DNA of 64,000 nucleotides, from the NCBI GenBank assembly GCA_026986775.1, contig JALSNX010000009.1, positions 54,450-118,449 of the forward strand, given 5' to 3'. Under the pieces are notes generated by a model. That model made no database searches. It saw nothing but the letters and a program-made list of their open reading frames with translations, and had not been told where the DNA came from. The stretch comes from a candidate division WOR-3 bacterium. GTDB lineage: Bacteria > Hydrothermota > Hydrothermia > UBA1063 > CAJXJZ01. Shown one piece after another: positions 59,579-64,000 of the stretch (positions are counted from its first letter, which is position 1; each line of letters opens with the position of its first letter). The translations under genes and the position numbers were made by a program.

Positions 59579-60204
59579 TTGATCTTAGTATCGGGACACT
59601 AATTTCAGAGGCATATGCATATTTTAAGCGGAGAATGGTTTTCTATATTTCAATGATTCTCGTTTACGTACTCGTCATGGTTGCAGTTTACCTGATAGGG
59701 GAAAAACTGGGAAGACTTGGTAATATACTTGCAAGACTCGTTGAAATTTATATAAATGCAGGAGTACTGAAGATCATAATAAACGATTTAAACGGAAAGG
59801 AGCCAGAACTCTTTGACCTTTTCACGGCAGGAGATGTTTACCTCAATTTTCTTATCGCATCCATACTGTATGGTTTAATCGTTGGCATTGGAACAATATT
59901 ATTGATAATACCAGGTATTATATTGGGGATAATGTTCCAGTTCTATAAATACGCCATTGTAGATAAGAAACTTGGTATTATAGAAAGTTTGAATTATTCC
60001 AAAGATTTAACCAGTGGCTACAGGTGGACAATATTCGGCATTGACATTGTACTCATTCTCATAAACGTGGCAGGTGCCCTTCTTTTAGTGGTGGGTCTGC
60101 TTTTTACCATTCCATTAACTTTAATTACGGAAGCTCTTATGTACAAGAAACTTTCCTCAGTAATGGAAGGCATTGAAACAGATGATAATATGCATCTTGC
60201 TTAA
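59575..60204 (+). CDS. Hypothetical polytopic membrane protein
   Basis: About 5 transmembrane helices. Start overlaps the SPT-like gene stop. No named family. Confidence 0.55.
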   Translation: MIDLSIGTLISEAYAYFKRRMVFYISMILVYVLVMVAVYLIGEKLGRLGNILARLVEIYINAGVLKIIINDLNGKEPELFDLFTAGDVYLNFLIASILYGLIVGIGTILLIIPGIILGIMFQFYKYAIVDKKLGIIESLNYSKDLTSGYRWTIFGIDIVLILINVAGALLLVVGLLFTIPLTLITEALMYKKLSSVMEGIETDDNMHLA

Positions 60205-60216
60205 TACATATACATC

Positions 60217-60672
60217 ATGAGATACACAAAAGCCCTGTTATTCCTCTGGATGTTTCTCTTCATTTCATGCAATGGCGAAAGAGGAGTAGTTGGAGGTGAG
60301 AGTAATGTGGAAGAGGGGCCTGTTCTTATAGATGCCACACTTTCACTGGAAATTGTTGATGGACAGCCCGCAAAAGTGACTGATTACTTCTACATTGATG
60401 ACACAGTTAATGTTTATACATTATGGGAGGACGTTCCTGACACAGAAACCGTTTACTTTTACTTTGTTGACCCGGATGGAGACGTCAGAGACTCGTTAAA
60501 TCTTCCATTGTATCCGCATAAATTCTCAACCTGTATAGCCTCATATATACCTTACAGCGATGAGGGAGATTGGGAAGTTCTTATTTTTCTGAACAATACC
60601 TTTAAGAGAAGCTTACTCTTTACGCTGGCCAGCTCACTTGATGACACAAGCAAACAGATAAATAAGGAATAA
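60217..60672 (+). CDS. Hypothetical lipoprotein
   Basis: Signal peptide plus lipobox (FLFISCNG). Confidence 0.5.
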   Translation: MRYTKALLFLWMFLFISCNGERGVVGGESNVEEGPVLIDATLSLEIVDGQPAKVTDYFYIDDTVNVYTLWEDVPDTETVYFYFVDPDGDVRDSLNLPLYPHKFSTCIASYIPYSDEGDWEVLIFLNNTFKRSLLFTLASSLDDTSKQINKE

Positions 60673-60692
60673 TCAGAAATTACATATCCCGG

Positions 60693-61625
60693 CTACGGGA
60701 AATATACTATATGCTCGGTAAGTCTGTCAATTAGCTCTTTATTGAGGATTAATCTCTTTTTTGCTCTCTGGAAAAGGTTCATTGCCCTGTCAATCATGGG
60801 TCTTGATCTTTCAAAAGCCCTGTATCCTCTTTCAATAATCTCATCAAGTTTATCAAACTCATACCATTCAAATTCCTTTAAATCCGGAGAAACTATCACA
60901 TCAGCAAACTGACTCTCAATATCCTGCAGTCTCCTGAGCGATATGTATTCACATCTTATGAGAATCTCTGCAGAATTTCTGTATTCTTTTTTCTCTGGTA
61001 AAGATCTTGAAACATCGGATGCTATTATAACATCGCATTCATCTTTTAAAAGTGATAGTATTGGTAGATTGTGTGTTATCCCACCATCTACAAGAAGCAT
61101 ATCCCCCAATCTTACGGGCGGCAATGCTCCAGGTAGAGCACTTGTCGCTTTCATGACCTTGTGCATACTTCCACCTCTAAATGCAATGTCTATGCCTTTA
61201 ATGAGGTCTGTTGCCATTATCCTGAGTCTTGGATGGTACTGTTCCATTAATGTGTCATTACCATAAAGATATTCAAAAACCCTGTCTCTTGTTTCTTCAT
61301 CAAGAAAAGATTGAGATACAAGCGTTTTTGCAACAAATACCTTTTCACGTATATTACTATAAAGTTTTCTCAATTTATCTTTTTCACTGTAAACCTCATG
61401 AAACCGAAGACTTTCAAATAAAGGGCTTTTTCTGAATGATTTAATCTTTTCATAAATACCCTCTGGATTTTTGTGTATAGCAAAAAGGCCCGCAATCATT
61501 CCTCCCGCACTGGTACCGGAAATAGCATAAAACTCTTTTGTTCCCATTTCAAATAAACCACGCAATACACCAATATGGGCATATCCCCTTGCCCCTCCTC
61601 CACCAAGAGCCAGACAGACCTTCAT
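60693..61625 (-). CDS. Patatin-like phospholipase
   Basis: Oxyanion GGGGARG, nucleophile GTSAGG, and the catalytic DGG motif. Confidence 0.85.
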   Translation of the reverse strand: MKVCLALGGGGARGYAHIGVLRGLFEMGTKEFYAISGTSAGGMIAGLFAIHKNPEGIYEKIKSFRKSPLFESLRFHEVYSEKDKLRKLYSNIREKVFVAKTLVSQSFLDEETRDRVFEYLYGNDTLMEQYHPRLRIMATDLIKGIDIAFRGGSMHKVMKATSALPGALPPVRLGDMLLVDGGITHNLPILSLLKDECDVIIASDVSRSLPEKKEYRNSAEILIRCEYISLRRLQDIESQFADVIVSPDLKEFEWYEFDKLDEIIERGYRAFERSRPMIDRAMNLFQRAKKRLILNKELIDRLTEHIVYFP

Positions 61626-61970
61626 TTACACTCCCTGTTTAAATTAAAGTATATTGGGAAAACCACGAAACTGGAAATTATACTACTTTTTGCAGAACAA
61701 TAAAAATACCACACCCATTTAATTATAACCTTTCACTACTCTCCCCTTTTATCTACATCGACACAGTGTTTTTGCCTTTCTCTGTGCCCTGACACTGTTA
61801 TCGTATATTTTCCTTATCCTTTGTCTTTGCTTTTTTGAGAGGTGGTTTATCTTTTCTACACTTTACAAGGAAACAGGCACATATCACCTTGGATATTTTT
61901 CTCAAAAGAGAATCCTTTTTTTCTGTGGTGTCACTTTTATTTATCCATTCCATTTAAACCCTCCCTGTAC

Positions 61971-63942
61971 TCAAAAATTATAAACGAATTTTATCGTGTG
62001 TTCACTATCATTTATGGTGTTCTGTGCTCCTGTTTTAATGTGGTTTAGCTGAAAAACCCCATAAAGTCCAAGATTTTCCGATATACTCAGATATACTATG
62101 TTCTTGGTAAACAGACTCTTTTCATCCTCAGTAAAACGATAACCAGCATAAGGTTTTAATACAAGATGCAATCTCTTTGCTGATACTATCCCAAATACCT
62201 GAAGCAGTCTTTCTGAAGAGAGTCCACTTTCTCTATCGTATGAGTAGTCATCAAACTTTACACCTATATTCAGCACGCCAAAGGGGTTTAACTTGAGTTT
62301 CACAGACTTTATATCTGCCGAAGAACCGAGATATTTTCCCTTGAGATAATCAACTTCCAGATTCTCATAACTTGAACTGGAATAAACAAGGCTTGCACCG
62401 GAAAACCTGAAGTCTTTTTGAGGAATATCATAAGGTAAATAGGGCATATCCTCTTTTTGATGCATCAGCGTAAATGAAAACCTTCCCTTAGTAAACAACA
62501 GGGATGCACTGAAATATTTATCTATCATGGTATCTGTGGAAGATGAGCGATCCAGGTAGAAAAAGACAGAGGGTTTTATAGATATACCACCTCCTGCGGA
62601 TATTCCATAATCCACATTCAGCATAATTTCGTTCACATCGTCAAAATAAAGGGTTGCAAGGGGAGTAAGGAATTTTTTATCAATGTGAGTAAAACTTACA
62701 TGCGCATTCAGCCCGGTAAATTCCGACCTTCTATAGATTTCCCCATATACAAGACTGGATGTGGAGTCAAACCTTCTTGAAAACTGGAACCTGGCTCCCA
62801 TGTTTTTTCTCTTATATAGAGGAAAGGTAAAGTCTGAGGATAAAAACTTATACGATGCAGGCTGAAAAATATATTGAATTCCGACATTGTAACCCTTTGC
62901 AGGGCTGTAGTTTACCTTCCCGAAGGATATAGTATCAAAAACCTCGTCCCTCACAACATAAAGTATTGATGAATATTTTTTTGACTTTGTATAGAATTTG
63001 AGCCCCATGACAACATTCTCAAAGTTTCTGGTTCTCAAAAGATTGACTGGAGTTACAAGAAGGTCCCGTCCTTCCATAAAAAACGGCCTCTTTTCTGGAT
63101 AGTAAATGGGTTTTCTGCTTATAGAGATTTCCTGAATGTCTGCCTCTATATCTGAAAAATCAGGATGGATGGCCAGGTCAAAGACCATTGCATTTTGTTT
63201 CTTTATTCTGATATTTCCTCCATACATAATACTGTAAGTGGCAGAAGATGAAGATGCATTTTTTCTAAAACCCCTTACATAAAATGATGGTAGAAGTTCA
63301 AATGACCTTCTGCCTGCCTGTGATAATACATCCCCTATTTTATTAAAATCAATTTCAATGGATGCAATACCATCAAGTGCCTGAAAAGAACCTGTATTAC
63401 ATACCACCTGTAATTCACCCTTTTCTGAAATAAACCTTTCAACTCTAATACCCCAGTCAGATTTAGCATAAGTAATGGTGCTTAAAGGAATGACAAACAT
63501 CATTGAATAACCATAATCTGTTTTTTGCGTTTCAACCTTCCATTTACCATCCCATTCCACATACTTATCTCCCCCCCTGTGAAAGCATAAAGTCTCTTTT
63601 TGTTCCACGAGGATTGGCCTGAAAGCAATAGGCTGAATTGCTCTTTCCTTCTGTGTCAAGCATAACAAGTATCCAGTCATCATTCATAATGTCTTCCTGG
63701 TCGTTTTTAAGGATGCTTGCAGCAATTTTTTCCTTTTGATAAGCCATCACATGGACAACAAAACTATCTTTTACAAAACCAACAGAAAATACAGTGGAAT
63801 CCTCAGGAAACGAATCCAGTGATGGATAAACAGTTATCATACGGTAGAGTTTATTTCCCTCTGTTTCTAAATTAATTGATTTTGATGTATAGACAGGTTT
63901 TATAGAAAGACAACTTATGAGGAATACAAAATACAAAAACAT
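61971..63942 (-). pseudogene. Outer-membrane beta-barrel protein with an N-terminal CBM9-like domain (DUF5916-like), split into two overlapping ORFs by an apparent frameshift
   Basis: Signal peptide at 63942. ORFs 63565..63942 and 61971..63683 overlap by about 118 nt in different frames. The C-terminus ends in the beta-signal ...IKFVYNF with a terminal Phe. Confidence 0.5.
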
Positions 63943-64000
63943 TTCATACCTCCTGTGTTTTTATCTTTTCAAGGTACAGGGTTTCAAAATCCTTTTCGTT

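Noticed and set aside
60693-61625. Patatin-like phospholipase as a CBASS, retron or other defence effector
   Set aside because: No cyclase, nucleotidyltransferase, reverse transcriptase or other defence partner is adjacent. It sits next to a lipoprotein and an OMP gene. It is more likely a housekeeping lipase.
61971-63942. Treating 63565..63942 and 61971..63683 as two independent genes
   Set aside because: They overlap by about 118 nt on the same strand. Together they form a continuous signal-peptide, CBM9-like, beta-barrel architecture with a C-terminal OMP beta-signal. A single frameshifted gene is the simpler explanation.

Overview
This is a gene-dense bacterial window with a GC content visibly below 50% and about 60 genes, most on the minus strand with frequent 4-bp stop/start overlaps. 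Two large secreted proteins carry C-terminal T9SS-type sorting domains, which points to an FCB-superphylum-like organism, probably an anaerobe; this taxonomic call is an inference only. Recognisable genes and gene groups, in order:
- prmC (partial), prfA, and a giant C25-peptidase/FG-GAP/T9SS protein.
- rplU, secG, tpiA, and a class-I aminotransferase.
- A V/A-type ATPase operon (K-E-C-F-A-B-D) with its own consensus promoter, a tRNA-Gly gene inside it, and a DUF2723 (TMEM260-like GT-C) TPR membrane protein coupled at its 3' end.
- An NSS (SNF) transporter with a MetS-like mini-subunit.
- A tRNA His-Arg-Pro cluster.
- A 14-gene co-directional array: transketolase, stomatin, comM/yifB, VanZ-PgpA fusion, hpf, hprK, mutL, uridine-kinase-like, rsmB-like, secreted GNDxY repeat protein, secreted HEAT-repeat protein, LpxH-like phosphoesterase.
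- An ABC transporter whose permease is fused to a LamG-like domain, next to an ankyrin protein.
- An AorABC-like tungsten aldehyde:ferredoxin oxidoreductase operon continuing into a TsaA-like gene, a 1.1-kaa internally duplicated CPBP intramembrane protease and hemolysin-III.
- DUF89 plus a methyltransferase, and a LutA/LutB-like pair.
- dtd, a DASS transporter and cutA.
- serS, a class II aldolase, alaS and a serine-palmitoyltransferase-like alpha-oxoamine synthase.
- A patatin lipase and a frameshifted outer-membrane barrel gene.
I found no CRISPR array, integrase or transposase. The items most worth a second look are the stator-less V/A-ATPase operon with its unusual passengers, the secreted HEAT/GNDxY-repeat/phosphoesterase trio, the AOR-TsaA-CPBP operon, the SPT homolog, and the C25 protein whose annotated start lies upstream of an apparent terminator.
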